From assembly GCA_965198225.1 (NCBI GenBank), contig CBDAOY010000004.1, positions 256,001-320,000 on the forward strand: 64,000 bases of DNA. The letters run 5' to 3'. This document shows, in pieces, positions 41,152-51,605 of this stretch (positions within the stretch are counted from its first letter, which is position 1; each line of letters opens with the position of its first letter). Source of the DNA: Terriglobia bacterium. GTDB taxonomy: Bacteria; Acidobacteriota; Terriglobia; 20CM-2-55-15. The notes under the pieces are model-generated. The model had not been told where the DNA came from and searched no databases. It saw nothing but the letters and a program-made list of their open reading frames with translations. The position numbers and the translations under genes are program-made.

Positions 41152-41268
41152 GAATTCCCGCCGGACCGGTCTTAGACCGAACTAGCAATCAGGTGTGCAC
41201 CGGGGTTGATTGACCGGGGTTTCGCTGTGAGCTAGCATCGCGGAGACACTTCCGCAGAGGAGGAGATA

Positions 41269-44200
41269 ATGATTCCGCGCCTTGCCCTCTCCCTGGCGAT
41301 GATTCTCGCCGCTTCCATGCCTGTGCTGCCGCAGGACACCGACCCGGAGAACGACGAAAACAAGAGCGATGGCCTGACGATCGAGCCGACGCGCACGATC
41401 GCGTTCGAGACGACCGAGGGAACGTACATGAACCTCGACGTGTCGCCCGACGGGAATAAGATCGTTTTCGACTTGCTCGGGGACATCTACACGGTTCCGG
41501 TTTCGGGAGGCCAGGCAACCCGCCTGACGGCGGGCATGGCATACGACATCCAGCCGTCGTTCTCGCCGGACGGGAACCGGATCGCTTTCATCTCCGATGA
41601 GAGCGGCAGCGACAACATCTGGGTGATGGGGGCCGATGGGGCCGAACCCCGGGCGATCACCGAGGAGACGGATAAGCCGGTCGCCGCTCCCCGGTGGGCG
41701 CCGGACGGCGAGTACCTCGTCGCCCGGCGTGACGGCAAGCTCTGGCTCTACCACCGGGATGGCGGCATGGGATGGAGTTGACGAAGTCCGACGACGCCGA
41801 GGGTGCGTACGGGCCGGTCTTTTCTCCCGATGGTCGCTGGGTCTATTTTTCCACCCGTGCCGAGTCTGCGGACGCTGCCCGGGGGCCGACGGCGGCTCTG
41901 GCGCGTCTCACTTCCTGGCAGGTGAAGAGATTGGATCGGAAGACGGGCGACGTCGCGACCATCACGGCTTCGCCCAACGGCGCGTACCGCCCCGCCATTT
42001 CCGAAGATGGAAGCTGGATGGCTTACGGTGTCCGCCTGGACGCAAAGACCGGACTGCGCATTCGCAACCTCGACAGCGACGTCGAGGATTGGCTGGCATA
42101 TCCCATCGATCGGGACAACGCCGAGCGTCCGGGTGTGCTGGATCTGATGCCCGCTTACGATTTCACGCCGGATGGGAGCGCGCTGATCATTGCCACCGGC
42201 GGGACGTTCCATCGAATCGATCTGGAAACGAAGGCAGATACGCCGATCGCATTCACAGCCCGGGTCGAGCAGGAACTCGGACCGCTCGTCCTCTTTGAGA
42301 GTTCGCACACCAACGATCCCGTCAAGGTGCGCAACGTGCGCTACGGCAACCGGAACAGGCAGGGTGACCGCATGGTCTTTTCGGCGCTGAACAAGATCTG
42401 GTTGATGGATCTACCGAACGGCGCGCCGACACAACTTGCCGACCAGCCCTTCGGGCAGTTCCATCCCGTGATGTCGCCCGACGGTCGGTGGGTGGCTTAC
42501 GTTTCCTGGGACGACGTCGACGGAGGGCACGTCTGGAAATTATCCCTGGAAGGGCCCGAGGGTCCCCGGCGCCTCACCGAACACGCGGGCTACTACATGC
42601 ATCCGTCGTGGTCTCCGGATGGAGGTAAGATCGCCTTCCTCAAAGAGGAAGGTGCTGCCTTCAGGAACGTCTGGACGCGCAACACGGGCCAACTATTGTG
42701 GGTAGATGCCAACGGCGGTGCGGCGCACTATGTCGGTTCCGCCCCGACCGATAACCGCGTTTCGTTCACCAGCGAGGGGGACCGGTTGATTTACGTCGCC
42801 GAGGTTACGCCGGAGAACAGACGAGAGGAAAAACCGGCGAAGTCCGAGGTCGTTTCCCTGCGTCTGGATGGAACCGACAGGAGGGCTCTTGCCAGGATCG
42901 ACGCCGAGACCTACGAGGTCGTTCCGTCTCCCGACGGCTCGTGGGTCGCGTTTTCGGTCCGCGAGGACGTCTATCTGGCCGCGATGCCCTTCGCGGCCGA
43001 GGTTCCCACGATCGGAGAGACCAAAGGCCCCGGCCCCGTCAAGCGGATCACGCGCGAAGGGGGCTTCGATATCCGGTGGGAAGACCAGGGTCGGACGCTG
43101 ACCTGGTCGTTTGCCGACCGGTTCTACAGTGTCGACCGCGCGCAGGCGATGGGAGCCGAGGATGACGTCGAACCCGACCAGATCGCGGTCGACATCACCG
43201 TGCCCAGGCACTATCCGCGGGGAACCCTCGCACTGCGCGGAGCCGACGTCATCACGATGGCCGACGAGCGGACGATCGAGAACGCCACCGTCATCGTTCA
43301 AGACAACCGGATCGTCGAAGTCGGCCCCTCCGCGAGTGTCCGTGTTCCGGCTGGCGCCGATATAGTCGATGTGACCGGAAAGACGATAATGCCGGGTCTG
43401 ATCGACATGCACGCTCACCTGCGTCCCCCGCGGGACGTCTTCGTCGAAGCCAGTTGGTCCTACCTGGCGAACCTCGCCTACGGTGTGACGACGACGCGGG
43501 ATGTGTCCAGCAGCAACGATTCGTTCGCCTACGGTGAACTGGTCGAGGCCGGCCGAATAGTCGGGCCGCGGATTTACAGCACCGGGCGCGCTATGACGAC
43601 CGGCAACGCGAAGATCGAAGATCTCGACGACGCCAGGGCCATGGTGCGGCACTACAAGAAGCTCGGCACGAAGGTCATCAAGCAGTACATGCAGCCCCAC
43701 CGCCGACAGCGGCAATGGGTCGTGGCCGCAGCGATGGAAGAGGGCCTCAACGTCACCAATGAGGGTGGCGGCGACTTCCGCCTCGACATGACGATGGTCC
43801 TGGACGGCTACAGCGGCTTCGAGCACAGCCTGCCGCTGGCCAACATCTACGGTGACGCCGTCCGGCTCCTGGCGGAGTCGAAGACCTGGTACACACCGAC
43901 GCTAGTGGTCTCCTACGGCGGTCCGACGGCCGAGTGGTATTTCTACCAGACGACGAACGTGCACGATGACGTGAAGCTCGCCCGGTTCACGCCGCACGAC
44001 GTCATCGACCGGAGGACCCGTCGGGGCAACATGTCCGCGATCGACGAGTACCACTTCACGAGCGTTTCCGAAATTGCGGCCCGGGTTCTCCAGGCGGGAG
44101 GCAACGTTGCTCTCGGAGCACACGGAGAAGAGCAGGGCATCTGCGCTCACTGGGAGTTGTGCCCTCCAGGGGCCCTCCAGATGGGTGGTCTGAGCAACTA

Positions 44201-44492
44201 TGACGCGCTGCGAACGGCCACGAGCGTCGCGGCCGAAGGACTTGGCATGGCGGCCGACCTCGGCACCGTGGAAGCCGGCAAGCTCGCCGACCTGCTGATC
44301 CTGGACGAGAACCCGCTCGACGACATCCGGAGCAGCAACACAGCCCACATGGTGATGAGCAACGGGGAGCTCTTCGATGCCGATACGCTCGACATGATCT
44401 GGCCCGAGAGAGTCCCGGCGCCCCCGTTGAAGTTCCTGGACTACGGCCCCCCGACCGAAGCCACCTCGGATGGAAACCAGAACCCAAACTGA
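41269..44492 (+). CDS. Secreted amidohydrolase with N-terminal PD40/TolB-like propellers, split by a frameshift near 41771
   Basis: Repeated P.FSPDG units continue across ORFs 41269 and 41772; PGLIDMHAH; GTVEAGKLADL. Confidence 0.88.
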
Positions 44493-44503
44493 AGATCGGG
44501 GAG

Positions 44504-44584
44504 TTAACCACGAAGGCGCAAAGGCACGGAGAAAGACCGAATTCCAGCTGATCCGCCCCGGTGCCTCTGCGTCTCCGTGGTAAA
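44504..44584. repeat. ACCACG-family inverted-repeat element
   Basis: ttaaccacgaaggcgcaaaggcacgg...ccggtgcctctgcgtctccgtggtaa. Confidence 0.75.
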
Positions 44585-44664
44585 GATCGAGCCGTACGAG
44601 TCCGCGAACAGCTTCCCACCCTGCTCTTCGATTCCCCGATGCAGCTTATTCGCCTCGAACAGTT

Positions 44665-44841
44665 CCAAACCGCACCCAGGGCAATCAGGAAGATGCCGTT
44701 CATCAAGCCCTCGAGATGACCAGATAACGCCATTCTCGGATTGGTCATGGCGGGTATGGCGAGGCCTGTGATCAGCCCAAGGAGGAACAGCACCGCGCCG
44801 GCGGCGATTAAATGCCTGGATTCTTGATCGGTGGCGCGCAT
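44665..44841 (-). pseudogene. 5' fragment of a small membrane protein (styrene-oxide-isomerase StyC-like family)
   Basis: GAVLFLLGLITG...NPRMALSGHLEGLMNG.FL.ALGAVW, then family-like sequence stops abruptly. Confidence 0.55.
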
Positions 44842-44858
44842 TTTCGGTGAAGGACTGT

Positions 44859-45133
44859 CTAGTGGCCTGTAACAATGCTATCGGTACCATCGCCGATGGG
44901 TCTTGCGGGCGAGGTCGAGGAGGGAGACGGAAAGCGATGCTCTTTCATCGGTGACGGCTTCCGACAAAGAGATCGCCCGCAACCCCCATCGGCCCGAAGG
45001 GTTCGGCGGAACGGCGCCGTCTTCGGTGTCGTAACGCCCTCGCAATGAAACAGCATTGGCTCGAGCGTCACTCCTAAAATCCGACGCCGTTCCGCCGAAC
45101 GCTGGTACCGATAGCATTGTTACAGGTCACTAG
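44859..45133. mobile_element. MITE, 275 bp including flanking CTAG, IS630-derived ends (copy 1)
   Basis: 27-bp TIR with 1 mismatch, CTAG on both sides, near-identical to 60681-60955. Confidence 0.92.
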
Positions 45134-45232
45134 TTCAGCCACTTTGTCAGATCCCTTCTTCGAATCGTTTTCGTGTTCCCATCCCGGCGATCTCCACAGG
45201 TAGCATGAGCGACACAATCGGGCAGCGGATCT

Positions 45233-45709
45233 TTAGGAAGCAGTAGTTACGATTCTGATTCCGTATTCTCTACGGATTTCGGCCAGGGGAACGTCCATGT
45301 ATCGATCGAAGTCGGACCACGGCCAACGCTTGCGCATCCGGAGGCAGCGGAAGAGGACGAGCGGGACATTAGCCACGGAACGCAGTGCAGTTCCCCCGAC
45401 ATCTGTCCACTTGATCTGCTCGTAGGTCTCTTTCGATTCCGGAGATCGATAGTCTCGAAGAAGCGAAAAGCCGGCTGTCGTGCCGAAAAAGCTCCAGACC
45501 TTCACCATCGCCTCGTTGGTGAGAGTCGTGCTGCAGCCAAATACCACGTGAGCGGCATCATGACAGCGGAAGAACTTTCGGGCCGAATCCGACATGCCGC
45601 GTCCGGTCAGAAGGTCGTCGCGGCTGCCATAGTACTCGGTCAGGGCCTCTCGAAGAGTGCTTTCGCAATCGGGGAACTGAAAACTCAGCATCGCCGCCAC
45701 CGAGCGCAC
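45233..45709 (-). CDS. Hypothetical protein with Coq4-like HDxxH...E metal motif
   Basis: CHDAAHVVFG...NE; C-terminal PLAEIRREYGI; start uncertain. Confidence 0.6.
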   Translation of the reverse strand: MRSVAAMLSFQFPDCESTLREALTEYYGSRDDLLTGRGMSDSARKFFRCHDAAHVVFGCSTTLTNEAMVKVWSFFGTTAGFSLLRDYRSPESKETYEQIKWTDVGGTALRSVANVPLVLFRCLRMRKRWPWSDFDRYMDVPLAEIRREYGIRIVTTAS

Positions 45710-45959
45710 TCTTCAGCGGCCGCAGCGCCGTCCAACGGAACCGGGTGCTGGTTCAGTCATCGTTCTCTCGCATGTCAACCGAAGAAGCCGTGAAGAGAGA
45801 TCAGGCCTGGTGACGGATATTGTCTTCGGCATATATACGGCGCTCGGCGGCGGCTCGCCGCCCGCTGCCGTGGCTTGTCTGGCTCCTGCCTGCGACCCAA
45901 CGCCGGGTGGGTGCTTGATCGAGGCCTTGATTGCGGAGTGCCGTCCACCATCAGCCGAC

Positions 45960-46223
45960 TCAGCCGGGAGCATCCTCAATAGCTTCCCGCACAGCCGCTA
46001 GGACGTGCTCGGAGGTTGGCCAGGGTCTGCCCAATAACTTGGCGAGCAGTCCGCCCTTTCGGGAAACTACCAGCCGATCGTTGACGACGATGTCGAACTG
46101 GCCCCGTCGACCCTTGTCGAGCTCGACGGGAGTTCCCAGATTGTCATGGATGAGAGCAGCGAAACTCGCTGCCTTTCTGGCGATCGCGCCTCAGGTTTCG
46201 CAGTAGACGATCCGGATGCTCAT
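45960..46223 (-). CDS. Selenoprotein: Rdx (SelW/SelT/SelH-like) family, 87 aa, CETU motif
   Basis: GGAGG RBS; MSIRIVYCET-U(TGA 46191-46193)-GAIARKAA...GRRGQFDIVVNDRLVVSRK...WP, open to TGA at 45960; full gene absent from the ORF track. Confidence 0.88.
46156..46172 (-). promoter_or_regulatory. Candidate bacterial SECIS hairpin
   Basis: GCAGCGA-GTT-TCGCTGC starting 18 nt after the UGA, with G first in the loop. Confidence 0.7.
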
Positions 46224-46400
46224 AGCGTCGGTAGTCCTCCATGGGTCGGCAATGTTGATAGAGTGAGCTCTGCGCGACATGGGTTGGCCGTGAAGAAAGC
46301 CGCCCACCGGGGACGACGGAAAGCCACGAGCGTGCTCCTGTGCAACCCCTTGTTTTGCGTCCGTTGCAGGCAACTCGACGCAAGTCCATTGTATCCACAT

Positions 46401-46772
46401 TCAGACGTGCTGATCGACAAGGATGGGGTTCCCATCAGGGTCGACTGCGAGAAAATTTGCTGGCCCCGCGGTTGTCTCGTCTGCTTCGGTCGTTAGCTGC
46501 ACGCTTTGCGCTTTCAACTGGCGCTGTAGATCACGGATATCGGTGAATGTATCGAGCTTGCTTGCGTTGCTGTCCCAGCCCGGATTGAAGGTCAATGTGT
46601 TCTTCTCGAACATGCCCTGAAAAAGACCGATTACGTGATCGCCGTTCTTGAGAATGAGCCACTTCTGTGAGGCATCTCCACCGAACACCTGGAAGCCGAA
46701 TTTTTCGTAGAAATCCCTCGATGCTGCAATGTCTTTTACAGCCAAACTGATTGAAAACGCGCCGAGTTGCAT
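46401..46772 (-). CDS. VOC / glyoxalase family protein
   Basis: [19 protein letters not shown]...[12 protein letters not shown]; AAGGAG RBS. Confidence 0.9.
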   Translation of the reverse strand: MQLGAFSISLAVKDIAASRDFYEKFGFQVFGGDASQKWLILKNGDHVIGLFQGMFEKNTLTFNPGWDSNASKLDTFTDIRDLQRQLKAQSVQLTTEADETTAGPANFLAVDPDGNPILVDQHV

Positions 46773-46839
46773 GATTCGCTCCTTTGAAAGGTAACAGTGC
46801 CGGGAAATGAAATGTGTCGGTTTGCGGACCGCTGCCGGG

Positions 46840-48411
46840 TCAGGAGTCGGTGTCCCCTGCACGGTCTTGCTCGATCAGCACGCGCCGGAGGATCTTGCCG
46901 GAGGCCGACTTCGGGATCTTGTCGATGAACTCGACGCGGCGAATTTTTTTGTGGGGTGAGACGCGCTCGGCCACCCAGGACATGATAGTTTCTTCCTCCG
47001 TTTCCTCCCTGGTGACCAGGTAGGCCTTGGGAACCTCACCGGCCTCGTCATCCGAGCTCGGGATGACGGCGGCGTCGGCGACGGCCGGGTGCGTCAACAG
47101 CAGCGCCTCCAGTTCGGCCGGCGCTACCTGGAAACCCTTGTACTTGATCAGCTCCTTCACCCGGTCGACGATGAAGAAATTCCCGTCTCTGTCGGAGTAG
47201 CCGACGTCGCCGGTACGCATCCACCCGTTGCTGTCGATCATCTGAGCCGTCTGATCCGGCTGGTTCAGGTAGCCCTTCATGACCTGGGGCCCCCGAACCC
47301 AGAGTTCACCGGTTTCTTCGGGTCCGAGTTCCCTGCCGTCGTCCAGCGCCAGGATTCTGCATTCCGTGTTCGGCGCGCAGGGTCCGACCGAATCCAGCGG
47401 GGTCGAGGTCCCGGTGATGGGCACCAGGTGGGTGACCGGGCTGGCTTCGGTCATGCCGTAACCCTGTGTGATCCGGCACTTCATCTTTCGAGCGAACGCC
47501 TGCGCAGTCTCGGCCGCGAGCGGTGCCGCTCCGCACATGACAGTTCCGAGCTTCGGCAGCCGCAAGGCATCGACGCTCGGACGGCGGGTCAGAGCCAGGA
47601 CCAGGGGCGGGACGAGATTCGCGTAGGTGATGGAATGCTCCTCCATGGTTGAAACGAAACTGTCCATGTCGAATCGAGGCAACGTTACCAACGTCGCCCC
47701 GAGGTACAGGCCAGACGCCAAGACGACGACCATGCCATAGATGTGAAAAAACGGCAGGACGCCGATGATCGTGTCCGACTCCGTGAAGATACCGGCGACC
47801 TCGACTTGCCTGAGGTTGGCCACGATGTTCCGGTGCGTCAGCATGACGCCTTTGGACACTCCCGTAGTTCCGCTGGAATACGGCAGCGCGACGACGTCCT
47901 CGCCAGGGTTGATCGATCCGGGAGCAACGGTGGGTCTTTCGTCCAACAAGTCGGAGAACGGGATCGTTCCCTCGAGGGCTCCCAGGACGAAGGTGCGCCG
48001 CATCTGCGAGGCGCGCAGCGCCGCTGGCACCTTTTCAATCAACTGCGGGTGTGTGAAAAGAAAAGAAGCCTTCGAGTCGGCGAGCTGGGCGCCTATTTCT
48101 TCCACCGTGTAGGTGGGGTTGAGTGTCGTGTTGACCCCGCCCAAGTAGGCAGAAGCCATGAAAATGATCCCGTACTCCGCGCAGTTCGGACATATGAGGG
48201 CCAGGACATCCCCCTTCTTGAAACCATTGTGGGCGAGCCCCGTCGCAACCTTCAGGACGGCGTCCCGAAATTGGGCAAACGTCAACGACGCTCCCGTCGA
48301 CCCGTCGATCAAGGCCGTCTTGTCGCCGTAGTCGGGGATGCGGCCGAGGATCAGCTCGGTCAACGATATGTCCGGGATGTCGATTTCGGGATACGGTCCG
48401 CGAAAAATCAT
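46840..48411 (-). CDS. 4-coumarate-CoA ligase-like AMP-binding enzyme
   Basis: [41 protein letters not shown] and [11 protein letters not shown] motifs. Confidence 0.92.
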   Translation of the reverse strand: MIFRGPYPEIDIPDISLTELILGRIPDYGDKTALIDGSTGASLTFAQFRDAVLKVATGLAHNGFKKGDVLALICPNCAEYGIIFMASAYLGGVNTTLNPTYTVEEIGAQLADSKASFLFTHPQLIEKVPAALRASQMRRTFVLGALEGTIPFSDLLDERPTVAPGSINPGEDVVALPYSSGTTGVSKGVMLTHRNIVANLRQVEVAGIFTESDTIIGVLPFFHIYGMVVVLASGLYLGATLVTLPRFDMDSFVSTMEEHSITYANLVPPLVLALTRRPSVDALRLPKLGTVMCGAAPLAAETAQAFARKMKCRITQGYGMTEASPVTHLVPITGTSTPLDSVGPCAPNTECRILALDDGRELGPEETGELWVRGPQVMKGYLNQPDQTAQMIDSNGWMRTGDVGYSDRDGNFFIVDRVKELIKYKGFQVAPAELEALLLTHPAVADAAVIPSSDDEAGEVPKAYLVTREETEEETIMSWVAERVSPHKKIRRVEFIDKIPKSASGKILRRVLIEQDRAGDTDS

Positions 48412-48538
48412 GATGTTTCCTGTTTGAGATTCGAAATTGTAGCCGCCCGAACGGGGGAAATCCAGTCACCGGGGTTTTTGCAGTCCCCCGTATTAAACGA
48501 TAGACTGGCAGGGCCGGTCCAAACGGGAAGAGCCTGAA

Positions 48539-49177
48539 ATGCGCCGACTCATTCGATCGAGACGGATCTTGATTCTCTCGCTATCGGTATGTTTTGTCGC
48601 GCTGCTCGAGGTTGCACCGGCGCAGACACCGTCTCCGGCCCAACGATCAGCAACCTTTGACGCCGCGCAGCGTGGCGGTCGCGGTGGGGGTCGTCGAGGA
48701 CGCGGTGGTGGGCGCAGGCGTGGGCCCGAGTTCGAACGTCGGATGAAGTACCGCCAGGCCGGCGAGTTGCTCAATCAACTCGACGATGAGTTGCGCAAAC
48801 TCGAACTCCTGACGCGCGAAGACGTTCCCGACCTGGTCGCGCGTCGCTGGGGTATCGCCACCGGAATCCTTCACGACATGCGGAAGAACACCGAAAGATT
48901 CGTGGAGGCTCTATGGTTGGAGTCGATCGACGTCGAGGAGCTGGTCGCCTCGGTGGAACCAATCGGTTCCATGACGCCGGACATCGGTATCGCGACCCTG
49001 CGCGGATCCATCGACCACTTGAGGCACATGTGGCGTGGCTGGCGAGCCAATCGGGACATCGTCGACGTCGAGCGCTATGAGGAGCTTCAGAACGAAGCGG
49101 TCGAGCTGCTGGTTACAATCGATGCGATGTTGACCGCCACCACCGAAGACGTAATGGCCGGTTCGGGAGGACAATGA
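48539..49177 (+). CDS. Hypothetical secreted helical protein with RGG tract (paralog A)
   Basis: Signal peptide; aligns by eye to the downstream gene. Confidence 0.7.
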   Translation: MRRLIRSRRILILSLSVCFVALLEVAPAQTPSPAQRSATFDAAQRGGRGGGRRGRGGGRRRGPEFERRMKYRQAGELLNQLDDELRKLELLTREDVPDLVARRWGIATGILHDMRKNTERFVEALWLESIDVEELVASVEPIGSMTPDIGIATLRGSIDHLRHMWRGWRANRDIVDVERYEELQNEAVELLVTIDAMLTATTEDVMAGSGGQ

Positions 49178-49764
49178 ATCTTGTCAGTCAGCTAACGTTC
49201 GCGGTTCTGTTGGTTCTCGCGTGTCCAGTGTCGGCGATTTCCGGGTCCTTCCGTCCCGCGACTGCCGATCCTCCGGGTATCGCCGGAACTTCGAACCTCC
49301 AGTCGCGAATCCCCAGGCTACGCACTTTTTCCCCGGGCCGACGAACTCCCGAATCGAGGGCCGAGGAGCGGCACCGGAAAGCGGGGCGGTATCTGGACAA
49401 GTTGGAAGACGAAGCGCGCATGGTCGAGCTGCTGTCGCGCGCGGACGAGCCCGAAACACTGGTTCGGAGGCGCGCGATTGCCGAACACGTTCTCAGAAAG
49501 ATGCGGAAACACTCGCTCGCCTTCGTCGAAGCTCTGTGCGAAAACTCGACTCACACGGACACGCTTGCGTCAGCCGCCGCCGCCCCCGGGATACTTCCAA
49601 GGGTGGCCGCCGACACGATCCAGGAGTCGCTCCGCGAATTGAGAGCTATCTGGAGCAGTTGGCTGGAACACAAGAACACCGTCGAGGTGGGGCGGTACGA
49701 ACGGCTCCAGCGCGAGGCCGCCAGACTCGTTGTTGCCGTGGACGCCCTACGTTCGATTCCCTGA
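49174..49764 (+). CDS. Hypothetical secreted helical protein (paralog B)
   Basis: ATGA coupling; GGAGG RBS; shares MRK...FVEAL and V.V.RYE.LQ.EA with paralog A. Confidence 0.7.
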   Translation: MNLVSQLTFAVLLVLACPVSAISGSFRPATADPPGIAGTSNLQSRIPRLRTFSPGRRTPESRAEERHRKAGRYLDKLEDEARMVELLSRADEPETLVRRRAIAEHVLRKMRKHSLAFVEALCENSTHTDTLASAAAAPGILPRVAADTIQESLRELRAIWSSWLEHKNTVEVGRYERLQREAARLVVAVDALRSIP

Positions 49765-51447
49765 GTTCGAGTTCCCGACGTCGAACTCTCCCGCCCTCAA
49801 CCTCGTAATGTAATCGCCGTACTTTGCCATCGCCTGCCTGGAGAAAATGAGGATGATGGGAATGTTGGCGAACAGCATGACGCCGGTCCCGATGGAGGTG
49901 AAGCTGTCGAGTTCGCGGTCCGTCGAAATGAAACCCGCCGTCGCGACGACGACCAGAAGGCAGTAGATGAACTTGTAGGTGCGAACCCACTTCGCTCCGA
50001 ACATGAACACAACTCCCTGCTCTCCGTAGTAGCTCCAGGAAATCATCGTCGATATCGCAAACAGCCAGGCGGCCAGGGTGATCAGCCAGCGACCCAGGCC
50101 CCGGTAGCCGCGATCAAAGGCATGGCTGGTCAGGCTGGCTCCCGTGTAGTTGACGTACACCTCCGGATCGGAGATCGTCGGGGCGATATCACCGCTGTAG
50201 GTGCCCCAGTCGACCGTGAACGTGGGGCCGGCGCCGACCACTGTGCCCGGGATCTGGGCGAGAGTCGTCCCCTGTCCCTCGTTGAGGGTCCCGACGTCGG
50301 CCACCATGAAAACACCCTGGCCCGTGGTCCATGCGGTCTCCGTATTTGGCGGGAGCGGTCCGGTTTCCAGCGTCCACTCCCCCGGCCCGGCTTCCACGAC
50401 CTGCGGGAGCTCTGTGAAGACGCCCTCTCCGCTTCGGTTCCAGGCGCCACTGGACAGGATCACGAGAGAGGTCAGCGTACAGACGACCAGCGTGTCGATG
50501 AATGGTTCCAGGCCCGCAACGATGCCTTCACGTACCGGCTCATCGGTCCGCGCCGCGGAATGGGCAATCGGGGAAGATCCCTGTCCCGCTTCGTTCGAGA
50601 AGAGTGCGCGTTTCATCCCCCAGAGAAACGCGTACCCGAACGTGCCGCCGAGGAACGCCCCCTGAGCTTCGGTCGAGCTGAAAGCCGAAGTGAAGATCAG
50701 CCGGATCAAACTCGGAATCGCTTCGATGTTGACTGCCAGGACGTAGAGGGAGGCTACCAGGTAGAGCCCGCACATGAACGGGACGAGCTGGCCGGCGACC
50801 GAGCCGATTCTTTTGATGCCGCCGATGATGACCAGGCCGGTCACGACCGCCAGGATGATGCCGGTGAGAATCGACGGGATACCGAAGTTCAACTCCGTAA
50901 CGGTTCCCACGTTCCAGGCCTGGAACATGTTCCCGCCCGTGATGGTCGACACCAGAAGCGTGACGCAGAAGATGTAACCGATCCAGCGGCCCAGCGTCGC
51001 GTAGGCCGGGTTCATGTTGGCCAGGCCGTGACTCACCACGAACATGGGTCCGCCATGCGGGTTGTCCGGGTCTTCGGTGTTGCGATACAGCATCGACTGG
51101 GTCACTTCGGTGGTCTTGATCGCCATGCCGACAAAACCCACGATCCACATCCAGAAGACCGCGCCGGGTCCGCCAAGCGAGATGGCCACTGCGACGCCGC
51201 CGATGTTGCCCAATCCCACCGTCGCCGACAGGGCGGCCGATAAGGCCTGGAAGTGATTGATCGCGCCGGGATCGTCCTTCCGGTCGTACTTGCCTCGGAT
51301 AACCTGAAACCCGTGAGTGAGGGCCACCAGCGGACCGAATTTGGTCCAGATCATCAGGATGATCCCGACGAGCAGGACGGTGTAGAGAACGAAGTCGTGC
51401 CACAGCACACCGTTGATCGTGTCAACGACGGTGTTTACGGTTTCCAT
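49747..51447 (-). CDS. Alanine/glycine:cation symporter (AGCS) family
   Basis: ATVGLGNI, GGPGAVFWMW, GGPM, FSNEAGQGS and EPFIDT motifs. Confidence 0.93.
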   Translation of the reverse strand: METVNTVVDTINGVLWHDFVLYTVLLVGIILMIWTKFGPLVALTHGFQVIRGKYDRKDDPGAINHFQALSAALSATVGLGNIGGVAVAISLGGPGAVFWMWIVGFVGMAIKTTEVTQSMLYRNTEDPDNPHGGPMFVVSHGLANMNPAYATLGRWIGYIFCVTLLVSTITGGNMFQAWNVGTVTELNFGIPSILTGIILAVVTGLVIIGGIKRIGSVAGQLVPFMCGLYLVASLYVLAVNIEAIPSLIRLIFTSAFSSTEAQGAFLGGTFGYAFLWGMKRALFSNEAGQGSSPIAHSAARTDEPVREGIVAGLEPFIDTLVVCTLTSLVILSSGAWNRSGEGVFTELPQVVEAGPGEWTLETGPLPPNTETAWTTGQGVFMVADVGTLNEGQGTTLAQIPGTVVGAGPTFTVDWGTYSGDIAPTISDPEVYVNYTGASLTSHAFDRGYRGLGRWLITLAAWLFAISTMISWSYYGEQGVVFMFGAKWVRTYKFIYCLLVVVATAGFISTDRELDSFTSIGTGVMLFANIPIILIFSRQAMAKYGDYITRLRAGEFDVGNSNSGNRT

Positions 51448-51605
51448 CAGGGTGCTCCTGCCTCCAGCGTCGCCGTGGAACGAACCGACGCCACTCTTCG
51501 TGAAATCTGTACGGGATTGTACTTTTGATTACGGCCTTCTCAAGGACTTTTTTGGCGGTTGCGCAAACCGTGACAGGCTTGTCTTCAGTGAGATACACTC
51601 GCCCC

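Noticed and set aside
44859-45071. 70-aa ORF repeated in both MITE copies
   Set aside because: Conservation simply reflects recent duplication; no RBS or protein-like features
45134-46840. Integron cassette array (small co-oriented genes, lower GC, stray GTTRRRY matches)
   Set aside because: No paired RYYYAAC...GTTRRRY attC hairpins and no integrase
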